64,000 nucleotides of DNA, from contig NC_081375.1 in assembly GCF_030684315.1 (NCBI RefSeq), positions 11,170,252 to 11,234,251 on the forward strand, read 5' to 3'. This document shows positions 37,601-51,430 of this stretch, in pieces; position 1 is the stretch's first letter, and every line of letters starts with the position of its first letter. Below the pieces are notes generated by a model. It had not been told where the DNA came from. It made no database searches and was given only the letters and a program-made list of their open reading frames with translations. This DNA is from Stegostoma tigrinum (taxonomy: Eukaryota). A program made the translations under genes and the position numbers.

Positions 37601-40519
37601 TTGGACATGCTAAATTTGGTCATTCTTCTCCTTCATCTCCACCCCTCCCAAAAGGTGGTTCGTCCCTATACAGATCAATTCCATATTCTTCAAGTAATCA
37701 CCTGCTATACTGAGTGATCCAGTTATTTGTACTTTTTCCTGTATTTTAAACAATTTTCCCAATAGGTTTGTCTAACATGATTTCCTTCTCACGTCTTGCT
37801 GGCTGGGCCCAATCATCATTGTCTTCCAAGTGTTTAGTTTTTTTTAATATGTAGATTATAACTTTACCTCAAGCAATGGATTTATTATGTTTGCTACTTA
37901 TGCTTTGCAGAATCTACTGAACTGAGAACCAGCAAGGCAACCATTGCCAACCTCCTGTTCAGCTATAATCTTACTGAATGATAGAACAGGCTTGAAGTTA
38001 CAAGTGCTCCAAATTTGAAGGTTTTTTCATCTAACTGTTCAGATGTATCATGTCACACCTGTGGAACTTGTATACAGGCATTTCCTGTCATGGGGAGGGG
38101 CACTGGCACACAAGCCTTTGCTCCAAATTTTGTATGTTCATGTGGTCCAGAAGATTTAACAGCTTTCAGGCCAATTACTTTTGAGAGCTACCTTTTTTTA
38201 TTAAGTTTTTTTTGGTTTGGTAAGTCTTGTTACTTCCCTAATGTCATTGGATTGCTGTCTCTTAAGATGGGAATATGTACTGTTTAGTTTCTCTGCCCTT
38301 TCCCTACTCTCCTCATAATTTGCTTGCCACAACCTGAAATCCAATTTTTTTTAAACATTATCTATCTTTCTTTCTCATTGTCTTTATCAATTTCTTTGTT
38401 ATTTGGATTCTGAATTATTTTAGTCCTCACTCAGGCTTGCCAGTTTACCTGCCAATCTATAAACTACTTCCATTGATCAAGTACAATCTTTAACTGTATA
38501 GCCATTTCTGCTTTCATTTTTTCTTTGTTAAAATGTCTTGTAATGTATATTTGCTGTAGACCATATCTTTTCTGAGTGACCCTTGCATGTCTGCTATCAA
38601 ATTCGGATCACATTTTTCCAATCCAGTCAATTTGCCCCATACCTTCTCAGATTCAAATTTGGCATTTTGTTAATACTGTGGTCACCATAAGGGACCTTTT
38701 TTATTTAGCCTTCTCTCAACATAGTACTGAAGCTAAAATTAATTGACACGATTCTCCAGGATGCAGTTGAATCTGTTTCGGACTGAAGTCTTATTTCCAT
38801 TCTCTGATAGCTAGTTGACTTCTAAATTCCCAAACAGACTTTCACAGTGAGGATTACTTGCCCTGGAGGTGCCTCCTTTGAGCTAAGATTAATCAAACTG
38901 ATCTTGTTAATCTGTGCATAAACTGGCAGTTGTGCTCCAAACAATGGCTGCCTCTGCATATTGACACTCTTTCGTACATCCCCATGGCAATGTTAATCAG
39001 GTGACTATCAACAACGCTGCGGGTGGGGAGAAAGTATTGGCACATAGTCTGCACCAGTCAAAAAGAGCCATCTAACTATTCTAATCCTATTTTCCAGTAT
39101 TTGACCCATACCCTAGTATGACTTGGCATTGGAAGTGCATGTTCAACTACTACTTAACATGTTCTGAGAGTTTCTCACTTTTTTTACCCTTTTTACAGGC
39201 AATAAATTTGATTTCCAACATCCTCCAGGTGAAAGTTTTGTTTTCCTCCTTTAAACATTTCCCCCTTACCTTTTTAAATCTGTGCCCTTGGAGGCATGGA
39301 TGAATGACCAAGAGGAAAAGTTTCCTCCTGGCAGACTTATGCCTTGCATAATTTTATAATCTCTGACCCCTCTCAACCTCCACTGTCAAGAAGCCAACCA
39401 TAGTCTGTCCAGTATCTAAAACTAAACTAAATACCAATAACTAAAACACTCAAGCCTCAGTAACGTGCCAGGAAATCTCCAATGCAGCCCCTCCAGTGCT
39501 ATGACGTCCCTCCTGTAAAATGAGTTCTGGAACAGGATGTAGTGCTCTAACTGGCCCAACTATGAAGTTTTTGTTTTTGCACAGTTCCAGTGTTGTCATC
39601 CTGCTCAAACTGGGTCGTTGCTGTCGGGCAGCAGTGCAAACCGCTGTCACTAGTTCTTGCAAGTACCATGTAAAGTAACAAAATAACTTGTATTTGTGGA
39701 AAACTATCCAAGCAGCTTCATACAGGTGTATTTGAAAAAAATACTTTAATATTTGGCAGGGAGGCAATACTTGGACGGAAGATGTGGTTTTTGAGGACAG
39801 TTTTAAAAGTGTAAGAAGAGTGAGGGTGCAGATTTCAGACTTTAGAATTTAGAGTTCCTTTAAGTCAAACATAAGCAAATAAAGGCCAAGGCAAATCTAA
39901 CTTTATCTGGTCATGGGATGGTACTGGTGTTGGCTGGGCCAGCACTAATTACCCATTTCCAATTGCCCTAGAAAATACCTTTGTGAACCACTGTGTGCTC
40001 CTTTATCAGAGTAAGTGCAGTGACACCTTGTGAGGGAGTTCTAAAAGTATGATCAATGATGTTGAAGGAGTAGCAATATATTTCCAAGTCAGGATGCTGT
40101 GTGACTTGGATATGGTGGGCTTCCAGGGAACTGCTGCCCTTGTCCTAGATGGCAAAGGCCAGTGATTTAAAGGATATTTCCCAAGGAGCCATGCCGAGTC
40201 GTGGCAATGAAGCTTGTAGTTGATGTTTTGCATCAGTGTTGGAGGTAGGACATTTTGAAGGTTTTAGATTGTGTGCTGCTCAGGAGGGCTGCTTTGTCTA
40301 GAATGGTGGTGAGTGTTTTGTGTTATTGAAGCTGCACTCATCCATTGCAAGTGGACAGTATCCTGACTTGTGCCTTATCAGTGGTGGAAAAGCTTTGAGG
40401 ACCCCGAAAGTCTCTTACTCACTGAAGAGTTCACAGCCTCTGCTCTGTTCTTGGAGCTACGGTACGTTCATGGCTGGTTTAGTTTTTGGTCAATGACAAT
40501 TCTCTGGATCTCTGATACT

Positions 40520-41172
40520 GGTGCAAATGCCACTTGTACATCAGTTGCTGAAGGTAAACGTGCAGGTGGGAAAGAAGGCAAATGGTATGTTGGCCTACAT
40601 TGCAAGAGGCTTTGAATACAGGAGCAAGGATGTGTTGCAATTTTACAGGGTTACACCTGTAATATTGTGCGTGGTTTTGGCCTCCTTTTCTGCTCTCAAG
40701 TGCGTGTGGTGAAGGTTTACCAGGCCAATTTACGGGGATGGCAGGTCTGACGTATGAGGAGAGATTGACTAGCCTGGGATTGTTTTTGCTGGAGTGCAAG
40801 CATATGTAGGGGGATCTCATAGAAACTTACCCTGTCGACTCCTGTCAGAATTTTAAGTGCGAGGAGGATATTCTCATTGGATGTGTTCAGATCCAGGGGA
40901 TATAGTATGAGGATTTGGGGTTGATGATTTATTGGAGATGACACCGTTTTTCACCTGAAGAGTGGTGAACCTGTGGAATTCATCAGCACAGGAAGGAGTT
41001 GATGTAAAACCACTGTTCAAGAGCTGACTAGATAGAGCATTTGGAATGAATGGGATCAAACATTATGGGGAGAAAGCAGGATTCGGCTATTGAGTTGGAT
41101 GATTAACCAATTGTGAAGAATTGTAGAGCAGGCTTTAAAGAGCTGAATGGCCTCTTCCTCCTGGCTTCTATG
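40520..41172 (+). mobile_element. CR1 LINE 3' fragment
   Basis: Encodes KKANGMLAYIARGFEYRSKDVLQFYR, typical of the CR1 ORF2 C-terminus. Confidence 0.8.
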
Positions 41173-41682
41173 AATGTCAGGGTGTGATGGGTTAACTTCC
41201 TTGCTATTTGTTATCCCAACTGTGAATACTGTTCAGGTCTTTGCATTTGGCTAGGAGTAGGTACGGTATATGAGAAGTTGCAAATAGTACTGAACATTGT
41301 GAAATTGTCAGTGATTGTAGCCTCTGACCTTGGAGGGAAAGTTAATGAAAGCAGCTGAGGAACATTCCAACTCCATTCTAACTTTTGCCCTGTCAGTATC
41401 CTCTCCCTCACTTTTTTTGGGTCTACATTGCCCTTAATGGTCTTTGTTTTCCAAATGATTAATTTATGTGCATAGGTAGTTTACTGCTGGGGGTTCATGG
41501 ATCAAAAAGCATACCATGCGTGTTTCGGTGATGGGGTGAAAATGCCCCGAGGATCTCTTTGTGGCACAGTCATAGGCTCTCGCACTCGTGCGCTTTCTGA
41601 ATCAGGACACCCAGGTTCAAATTCATCTGCTCCAGAGGTATATAATTAACATCCCCAGACAGGTTGATACAGAAAATAAAAA

Positions 41683-41945
41683 TAAGTGTGGAGCTGGAAG
41701 AGCACAGCAGGTCAGGCAGCATCAGAGGAGCAGTAAAGTTGGATTTTTGGGTTGGGACCCTTCTTCAGAAACGGGAGAGGAGGGAAGGAAGCTCAGAAAT
41801 AGAGCTCCCTTCCCCCTCCTCCATTCCTGAAGGGTCCCAGTCCGAAATGTCAGCTTTCCTGCTCCTCTGCTGCCTGGCCTTCTGTGTTCCTCCCAGTTCA
41901 ACGCTGTGTTATCTGACTCCAGCATCGGCAGTTCTTACTATCTCA
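41683..41945. repeat. Fold-back palindrome of two PLE tails with opposed decayed HHR motifs
   Basis: Inverted arms around about 41800; flanked by TTGATACAGAA (41664) and TTGATATAGAA (41947). Confidence 0.85.
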
Positions 41946-42254
41946 CTTGATATAGAAGAAATCTGTCTTGAGGAACTGAGGGCTGTTGTGGTGCAGTGGT
42001 AGTGGCCCTACTTTTGGGCTTGAAGGCCTGTATGTAAGCAACTCCCTGCACTGGAGGTACATTGTAACATGTCTGAGTAGATTAAAATATCTGTCCTGAG
42101 GAACTGTAACTTCCATGGAAGCCAGACATTGCATAGGTTGAAGAGAAAAACACTTCTGCCATTCTGAAGTCCTTGAGCCTATAATACCTAATTGTAGTTG
42201 AAGTGGAATCCATTCTACATGTGCAAACGTTTCCATTTATTGCTTGTGGGTCAA

Positions 42255-43690
42255 TGTTTTGAGTTGTAGACTTGACGAGCTGGTGTGTTTGCAGACGTTT
42301 CATCATTCTGCTAGGTGACGTTGTCAATGCGCCTCTGAAGCATTGGTGTTCTGTCCCGCTTGTTATTTATGCCTTGGTTTGCTGGGGTGATTGGTATCAC
42401 TTCTGTCTTGTTCTTCAGTGGTTTGAGTATTGTATCCAGTCTAATGTGTTTGTTGACAAGAGTTCCAGTTGGAATGCCAGGCCTCCAGGAATTCCCTGGT
42501 ATGTCTCTATTTGACTTGTGCTATTATGGATGTGTTGTCCCACTCTAATTTGTGTGCTGTGTCTGTGTGCATTAAGACCAGTGAGAATTGGTCATGCCTC
42601 TCGATGGCTAGTTGGTGTTCATGTTTCCTTTTCTCTTGTCAGTTTTCTTCCAGTCTGGCCTATGTAATATTTTTCAGCCATTGCTTGGTATTACAGGATA
42701 TTGTAGATGAAGATGAGATAATGGTATTCTTTGATTAACCGCACTACTTGCAAGCATAAAAATTGACCTACCCAAAGAGACAATTGTCTCACTGCTGGAT
42801 GAATCCAGAAGGCAGGCAGGCACTCCCTGGCACCACCAACGTTGACTAGGACAGCCACCTGAAACTGCTGGATCTGTGCCCCACACCCCACTTCGCCTTC
42901 ACTATGTTCAAACAAATCACCTGAACATTAGTGGGATCCCCAATATCAGGACTGATTACAAAAGCTGTAATCTAAAGGTTAATACAGACAGCTCTCCCCA
43001 CTATCCAACCCCAAACTGTGGGTCTGGTATGTAGATGACACCTTTGTGATTATCAAACACAGAAGACTAGAAGAAACCCCCCAACACAAACAATATTCTT
43101 AACAGAATAACAGTCACAAAAGAAGAGATCAACAACTAACACTCCTTCCTGGACATAATGGTGGAACTCCAGACTAGCGTACACAGACAACAAGATAGAT
43201 ACTTAATTACACCAGCAACCTCCCCAACACCTGTAAATGGAGCTACATCAGGACATGATTCAAATGAGACATAACACACTGCAGCAATCCTGAACTGCAG
43301 AAAGCAGCCCAGGAGCACTTATACTGAGTTTTTTTTTAGAAGGAATGGATACTCAAAAAGCACAATCTGCTCTTACCTCTGCAACAGACCACAACAAGAA
43401 GGCACTATGCAGCCAGATACCCTAGCCACCTTACCTTACGTCAGACATTTCAGAGATGATCACAAGGCTACTCAGATCCCTGGGTATCAGGGTAGCCCAC
43501 AAACCAACAACAACCCTGTGACAGCTACACACGAATGTAAACAGCCCCATGCCTACAAACAATAAAACTAATAATATACTGTGCAAGGATTGTGAGAAAC
43601 ATCACATGGCCAAACTGGAATAAAGCTGATGATAAGACACTAACAATTCTCACTGGTCTCAATACACATGTACAATGGAAGACACAAATT
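42255..43690. mobile_element. Decayed Penelope/Poseidon-type PLE, inverted arrangement (minus-strand EN and tail; plus-strand RT)
   Basis: Plus strand at 43026 encodes WYVDDTFVIIK (RT catalytic motif); minus strand 42255-42750 encodes REFLEAWHSNW and carries a decayed HHR at about 42291-42330. Confidence 0.82.
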
Positions 43691-46600
43691 ATTACAGTCA
43701 GTTTTATAGTTAGCAAGTTCACACAAACAATCTGTTTCACCTGTTTTGCAATGTCAGCCCACTTTGTCCATTCTCACATTCTGACCACTTAAATTGAGAT
43801 AGCAACATCTTTTCTCCACCAGCACCACCAACTTGTGTAAATGCTGTCCCCTTTCCACTTCACTTCAGCTCTGAAGAGTCATTTAAACTCGGTTAGCTTG
43901 CTCTCTCTCTCTCTCCATGGATGCTGCTGTGATCTCCAGCACTCTGTTTTCTGTCAAGGTTGACAGTTCCATGCTTGTGCAAAATAGCACCCTGGAAATC
44001 ATCTTAACACAGGACCTCCAACGAGCAGTAGTCCCTCAATTGTTGCACTAGACTGTTAGCTTCTTGTGCTCCCTGAGGTAGGTCTTGAATCCACAACTTT
44101 GAGCACTATCCAGAGTCACACTGAATAATCTTTAGTAACTATGCTTTTAAGAAGGACCCCTGGGTTTCATCTGTATTTATCGGGGAAAAACAGTCTATAA
44201 TGTGAAACACCTCTTCAAACCCCTTTTTATTAATTAGCCTGTTTTCAGTGCAAAACACTGGTTCCAATTGTAAACCTATATTTTTGCTGTTATTCAAATG
44301 GTCAGTTTGAGAGCTTCCTAAATTGGCACATGCACATGGGATTGTCACATTTTCATTGCCTCCAATCATTATCTTTTGAAAGCAGCTGGTGGTTGCCCTC
44401 GTTGAATGGAAAACATGGACATTGATCCTTTTGTTTCTTAGCAACAGGTCATAACATGAAAGTGAGTGTGAGCTCTGCAAATTGATTTTTCTTTATTAGA
44501 TCTGATTGTGACTGGATGGTTGTAGTAACAACCTTGGCTAAATTTTTTAAGATTTGTAGCTCGGGTTGGGGATGAGTGTGTAGACTTGCTCGCTGAGCCA
44601 GGTTGTTTTATTGCAGACGTTTCATTCACCCCACTAGCTAACATCGTGCCCTCTCTAAAGCTTCCACATCTTTCCTGTAAATGAGGTGCCCAGGACTGAA
44701 CACATTCCAAGTGTGGTCTAACCAGAGTTTTATAGAGCTGCAGCATAACCTTGTGGCTCTTAAACTCAGTTCCCCTGCCAGTTGAGCTGCAGACATGTGG
44801 TATAGTTTGTGGCAAATTCCTTTGACATTCCAATGTCAATATACTCCCTTTTCATGGAGTCTCAGCATTTCCTCAATGTTTTCTATATCCACAAGATCAT
44901 TCTTAAGTTATGAAAGGAGAATCAGCTTCTGAAGCAGATTTAGTCAGCATGCTGATGCAATCTTCAGACCAGGGGAGCTAAATTTCACCTGATCATCATT
45001 GCCATGCTGGAGGAATTGTCCGGGATGCTGGAGTTTCTTTGCCAATCTTCTCTCTTGACTTTAAATATTCTGCAGATACACTACTGGTGGAACTTCTAAA
45101 GTGCTGTGAGGATCTTTTGGTAGGAAATCTGAGAGTCTCTGTCATTAATACCTTAACATATGAGTGAATAAAACCCTAGCAGCATAGGTATAATTGCATA
45201 GAAATTGTTCATTCCTTTCCCGAACTGAGTTAGTGCAAGATCCTTGGAATTCTACCACACTGTCTCAAGGCAGACAAATCTTTACCCTTTTGCACAACTT
45301 TGTGGTTTGTTTATGATAGTATGAACAAAGAATGAAGGTGACTTGATAGAACTAATCAAGATGATGGATTTTTAAGAATAGTTGAGGGGAAAAACAACAA
45401 TCCTCCCACCTTCCCTGGCTCCGGTTTCATGTCAATAAACAGAAGTTATGGGTGTAAAATCCTTGGTGGAAAAACCTTGATGGGAGACTTATCTCTGTAT
45501 CTGCAACATTCAAGGAGAAAGAGTGGAGGCAATTTGTTTCATGCCCTATTTCAAAAGGGAAATTAAAATAAATTTAATTTCAATTAAATGCTTGAAGACA
45601 ATGAACTTTTAAGGTTGTAGAAAAATGCAGGGATTTAAGACTAAGCAGTTACACACGCTCACAAAGAAGTAACAACAGCACAATAGGCTGAGTGGCCTCC
45701 TTGGTGCTGTACACTGTGACAAATTTGTCTCTGGTTAAATGACCTTTTGAGGCCCATTTGGAACTGGAGAAATATTAAGTTGGGTGAAGCTGCCATCTTA
45801 AATCTAACTTTGCCAACCCAATCTATATCCAGGAAAGACAGCTGTAGTACAGCCGTAAGAAGGACCATTACCCCTACAAGCAAGGACAGCAGCAAACAAA
45901 AATTGCCTAAACCATTTGAATTCCAGAAATGAATTTATGCTTGGAAAGAATAGACTACCCAGGGCTGTGGGAGATCTGGGTTGTGAAAAGAATATTTTCT
46001 ATAAAACAATATCAACTCAATGGGCCACACAGCCTTTTCTGTGCTATTTATGAATGGTGAGTATTAACAAAATTTGCCTTGTTCTCCAAAACACAACAAT
46101 TGGATCAATAAGTGCTGAGAGAACTGGGAAGTCATGATTGACAGCACTCACAGTTGGTAGCATCACTGCCCACAAAATGGGTAAAAATGAAGATTTCAAC
46201 TCCGAGCAGGTACTGCTGTATTTAGTTAAGTGGCATCTAAGAAATAGGTTTCCTGCTACTGAAGAAATAGTTCATTTGTAGTCATGCTTGTGATTATTTT
46301 GTCCTCTCCTGTGAGATAACAAACAGGATTTAGTGTGTAGAATGAGAAACAGGAAGCTCAAAGAAATTGAAGCTTTTTCTTGAATTCTTTTTGTTTCTCA
46401 GTTTACTCTGTGCAATTAATCTACAACAATGATTTGGAAGTGATTAGTTACATACCCTTCAAATCTCCTTTCCTCTGCTGTCTGTCCCTAGTGCAAAATC
46501 ACAAAAGCAAGTTTGCACCTAGCCATTCTCCAAGGTATAGATTGCTGCCATAACTATTTGGACCAGAGCTGCTGTTCAAACAGAGGGTGCCAGGCACACA

Positions 46601-49294
46601 CCTGCAAGTGGTTGGCAGATAGATATCTTGAAGCAATCTGTTCAAATGTGTTATGACACACCTCTGGAACAGGTGGGACTTGAACTTGGGCCTCATGGCT
46701 CAGAGATAGGTTCACAATATTGGAAGGATGACTGCCCCTTGGCACTGCTGAGTGAGTATTCAGAAGAAGAAAGTTGGGAAGAGGAGGAAAGTGGAGCGTT
46801 TCAGCTGGTTAACATGCCACAAAGTTTACAAATCCTCTGCTTTATTTCTTTTGGATTGTAGCCTGCATTATAAGGATTAGAAGATGTGTAAAAATGGCTA
46901 ATCCAGCTAGCCTGCATGTCCCTAGACACTATGGAGTAATTTAGCTTGATCAATCTAGCTAGTGCCTCCGTTTAGCTAACCATCTGGCTTTGGTGCTGTA
47001 GGTGTGTTTGCTTGAACTCTCTTTCCGTATTTTAACTGATGTGCAAAGTCACAATGTATTATAAAATAAAATAATTTTTGAGTTAGTGACACTGTCAGAG
47101 GAATGTGGAGGTGGGCACTGCTTGGAGGGTATATTGAGAGAAACTACTTCCTCTGGTAGCAAAGCCCAAATAGGGAAGCATAACCATAACATTGGAATTA
47201 GGCATGCGGGGAGATTGATAGAAGTTTATGTGGGAAGGGTATAAATGAACCAAAATGGGTAAATAAAATTAAGTAGCTTTCAAGGGATAAAAAGACTGTT
47301 CCTGTTCCTATGCAATGTCACCATAGAGGCCAATAATTGGCAAAAATTGATTGTCTTTGCCAACCTTTTCAGAGAAAGTTAGTCATTGTGCCATAGACTA
47401 ACTTTAGTCTGAAGGCTGAGGGTTGGAGTTGTCCACCAGAGATTTAAGCATGAAATCTAGCTTGGTACACCAGTGTAGTACCGTGGTAGTCCTATACTGT
47501 CAAAGGTGCCATTTTTTAGGTAAGTTAAATTGATCCCAATCTGGCCCCTTGGTAGGTAGAAACCCCCACTGGATTATATCAAGGAACAGCAAGAGAATTC
47601 TCCCCAATCAATATCACTGTCACAAAATATATATGGTCATTGTTGTTTGTAGGAGCTTGCTGTTTGTAAAATTGGCTGCTGTATTCCCTGTTACAGCAAT
47701 AACTGCACTTCAAAAGACACTCGTGAGCCATTTATAGAAGGTGCAGTATAAATAAAATGCGTTGAACAGTGTGAAGATTGCAAAGGCTACTTCTTTAGCT
47801 AAAACCAAACATTGTTAATAAGTGCTAGCAGGCAACCTAAGTGGCAATTAACAATCCTTTAGGCAGTGGTTTGGGGGACAACCTTCACCCCTAGAGCTAG
47901 AACTTCAAGACGTAAACTAGCCTCCTTTCTGAAGACTGTCTGGCTCCCTTGATGGCTCTTTAGCAGTCAAAACATTGAGAAAATTCCCCCATGTGTTTCA
48001 GTTTAATTTTCTTTTTAACTCCTGGTTTGTTGGTTATATAAACATAGGAGATGGAAAAGAAAACTGATAGTCCACAATGAAGAGTTTCTTGGATTTCCAA
48101 TATTTTTTGGGAAGGGATGTCCTCTGACTGTGGATATGTTGGGTGACCTGTGGTGAGAATGTGGGTGAAATGGGGCAGAAGATGGCAGCAGGCCGTGCTA
48201 TGAAACCTTCAGCAAAACTTTCATTGAAAGATAGTAACAATATTCCCGGATGGGACACCCTGTGCCCATTTCTCAAGATTCTGCCCCAATGTCTATTACT
48301 TGAACACTGACCAAAGCTGTGAATAACAGTCCATAATATTATGAAGACTCTGATCAAATTAGGAAACAAAATGTGCCCATCTTAATCTTAAAATATTGAT
48401 TTTGCACTTTTCCATTCAAGGCATAAAATAAATGCTAAAATATATTGGTATCTCATAAAATAAATGGAACAAGGAGGCAGAAAGATTGCAATCCTTCATA
48501 GACCTGGAGCTGTTGGAAATTTTCTTTTAAACTGGAAATTTTGGGTTCTATGTCCAGTAAACAGGCAAAACAACACATTAAAAATTTCTAAATTGTGTTG
48601 TAATGTAAAAATCAAAAATTTTAACAACAAACAGCAGGAAGTGCTGATAATCCATGTACCCATGAGTCACCGATCAGATGCAAAATAGGAGCTACGTTGT
48701 GACATTGCACATCAGTTAAAATACAGGAAGCATCTGAGCAAATGTGCCTTCAGTACCTAAGCTAGATGGTTAGTTGAAAGGAGGCACATTTTGCACCTTT
48801 TTTTTGCAGTTCTAAGCAATACAACATGTTATAACCCAACAGGAATAAAAGAGCGATTATAACCTCTGTGGCAGTGTGTGTTTATTAGAAAAAAAATTCC
48901 TCTTTCCATCTTTTCTCAATTTTCTGCAATGCCAAGGGGTGACCGTTCCTCTGTGGTCTGCCTAGAGTAGGATAATCCTGGGCAGTGACTGTCGGCAAGC
49001 TCCAGGGGGAAAGTCTAGAATAGTACGCACCTGTGGACAACAGCACAGCCATGTCCTGTCATATCCGGCCCTTGTCTGGCACTAGTCACTGAGCAACAAT
49101 CAGGACCAGAAAACTTTGGCTCAGTTCTACCCTCCTTAACTCAGCAACGCTTTGTTTCTCACAAGGACTGTGGCTGGTACCAACTAACTCACATTGGACC
49201 AGGGGATTGAACCTGGCACCTTCTCACTCTGTACACTATAGAAAGGTCACAGTTGCTGGAGAGTGCAAAAGAGACCTACATCAATATTGTATCA

Positions 49295-50350
49295 GTGATA
49301 ATGGGAACTGCAGATGCTGGAGAATCCAAGATAACAAAGTGTGGAGCTGGATGAACCCAGCAGGCCAAGCAGCATCTCGGGAGCACAAAAGCTGACGTTT
49401 CGGGCCTAGACCCTTCATCAGAGAGGGGGATGGGGAGAGGGAACTGGAATAAATAGGGAGAGGGGGGAAGGCGGACCGAAGATGGAGAGAAAACAAGATA
49501 GGTAGAGAGGAGAGTATAGGTGAGGAGGTAGGGAGGGGATAGGTCAGTCCAGGGAAGATGGACAGGTCAAGGAGGCAGGATGAGGTGGTAGGTAGGAAAT
49601 GGAGGTGTGGCTTGACGTGAGAGGAAGAACAGGTTAGGGAAGTGGAGACAGGCTGGGCTGGTTGTGTGATGCAGTGGTGGGAGGGAAAGAACTGGGCTGC
49701 TTTGTGATGCAGTGGGGGGAGGGGAGATTTTGAAGCTTGTGAAGTCCACATTGATACCATTAGGCTGCAGGGTTCCCAAGCGGAATAGGAGTTGCTGTTC
49801 TTGCAACCTTCGGGTGGCATCATTGTGGCACTGCAGGAGGTCCATGATGGACGTGTTGTCTGAGGAATGGGAGGGGGAGTTGAAATGGTTCACGACTGGG
49901 AGGCGCAGTTGTTTGTTGCGAACCGAGCGTTGGTGTTCTCCAAAGCGGTCCCCAAGCCTCCGCTTGGTTTCCCCAATGCAGAGGAAGCCACACCGGGTAC
50001 AATGGATACAATATACCACTTCGGCAGATGTGCAGGTGAACATCTGCTTGATATGGAAGGTCATCTTGGGGCCTGGGATAGGGGTGAGAGAGGTGGTGTG
50101 GGGGCAAGTGTAGCACTTCCTGCGGTTGCGGGGGAAGGTGCCAGCTGTGGTGGGGTTGGAGGGGAGTGTGGAGTGGACAAGGGAGTCGCAGAGAGAGTGG
50201 TCTCTCCGGAAGGCAGACAAGGGTGGGGATGGAAAAATAGCTTGGGTGGATTGTAGATGGCGGAAGTGTCGGAGGATGATGCGTTGTATCGAGAGATTGG
50301 TGGGGTGCTACGTGAGAACGAGGGGGATCCTCTGGGGGTGGTTGTGGCGG
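49295..50350 (-). mobile_element. Neptune-type PLE 3' portion (left arm of an inverted pair)
   Basis: ORF 49567..50220 with Cys-rich linker (KCYTCPH) and GIY-YIG domain; intact HHR at 49394-49421. Confidence 0.92.
49394..49421 (-). ncRNA. Minimal type I hammerhead ribozyme core
   Basis: Reverse complement is identical to the 7565 core. Confidence 0.8.
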
Positions 50351-50351
50351 G

Positions 50352-51430
50352 GAGTCACGGAGAGAGTGGTCTGTCCGGAAAGCAGAGAGGGGTGGGGATG
50401 GAAAAATGTCTTGGGTGGTGGGGTCGGATTGTAGATGGCGGAAGTGTCAGAGGATGATGCGTTGTATCCAGAGGTTGGTGGGGTGGTGTGTGAGAACACT
50501 GTCTGCTTTCCGGAGAGACCACTCTCTCCGTGACTCCCTTGTTCGCTCCACACTGCCCTCCAACCCCACCACACCCGGCACCTTCCCCTGCAACTGCAGA
50601 AAATGCTACACTTACCCCCACACCTCCTCCCTCACCCCTATCCCAGGCCCCAAGATGACATTCCACATTAAGCAGAGGTTCACCTGCGCATCTGCCAATG
50701 TGGTATACTGCATCCACTGTACCCGGTGTGGCTTCCTCTACATTGGGGAAACCAAGCGGAGGCTTGGAGACCGCTTTGCAGAACACCTCCGCTCAGTTCG
50801 CAACAAACAACTGCACCTGCCAGTCGCAAACCATTTCCACCCCCCCTCCCATTCTTTAGATGACATGTCCATCATGGGCCACAATGATGCCACCCGAAGG
50901 TTGCAGGAACAGCAACTCATATTCCGCCTGGGAACCCTGCAGCCTAATGGTATCAATGTGGACTTCACCAGTTTCAAAATCTTCCCTTCCCCGACTGCAT
51001 CCCTAAACCAGCCCAGTTCGTCCCCTCCCCCCACTGCACCACACAACCAGCCCAGCTCTTCCCCTCCACCCACTGCATCCTAAAACCAGTCCAACCTGTC
51101 TCTGCCTCCCTAACCTGTTCTTCCTCTCACCCATCCCTTCCTCCCATCCCAAGCCGCACCCCCATCTACCTACTAACCTCATCCCACCTCCTTGACCTGT
51201 CCGTCTTCCCTGGACTGACCTATCCCCTCCCTACCTCTCCACCTATACTCTCTCCACCTATCTTCTTTTCTCTCCATCTTTGGTCCGCCTCCCCCTCTCA
51301 CCCTATTTATCCCAGAACCCTCACCCCATCCCCCTCTCTGATGAAGGGTCTAGGCCCTAAACGTCAGCTTTTGTGCTCCTGAGATGCTGCTTGGCCTGCT
51401 GTATTCATCCAGCCTCACATTTTATTACCT
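50352..51430 (+). mobile_element. Neptune-type PLE 3' portion with inverted 5' piece (right arm)
   Basis: ORF 50406..51083 with CNCRKC linker and VVY-YIG endonuclease; 50352-50498 is antisense; HHR at 51338 has GAAA changed to TAAA. Confidence 0.92.

Noticed and set aside
50406-51083. 225-aa GIY-YIG ORF as a host or domesticated nuclease gene
   Set aside because: Chimeric start from the inverted piece, internal deletion, and several near-identical truncated copies in the window.
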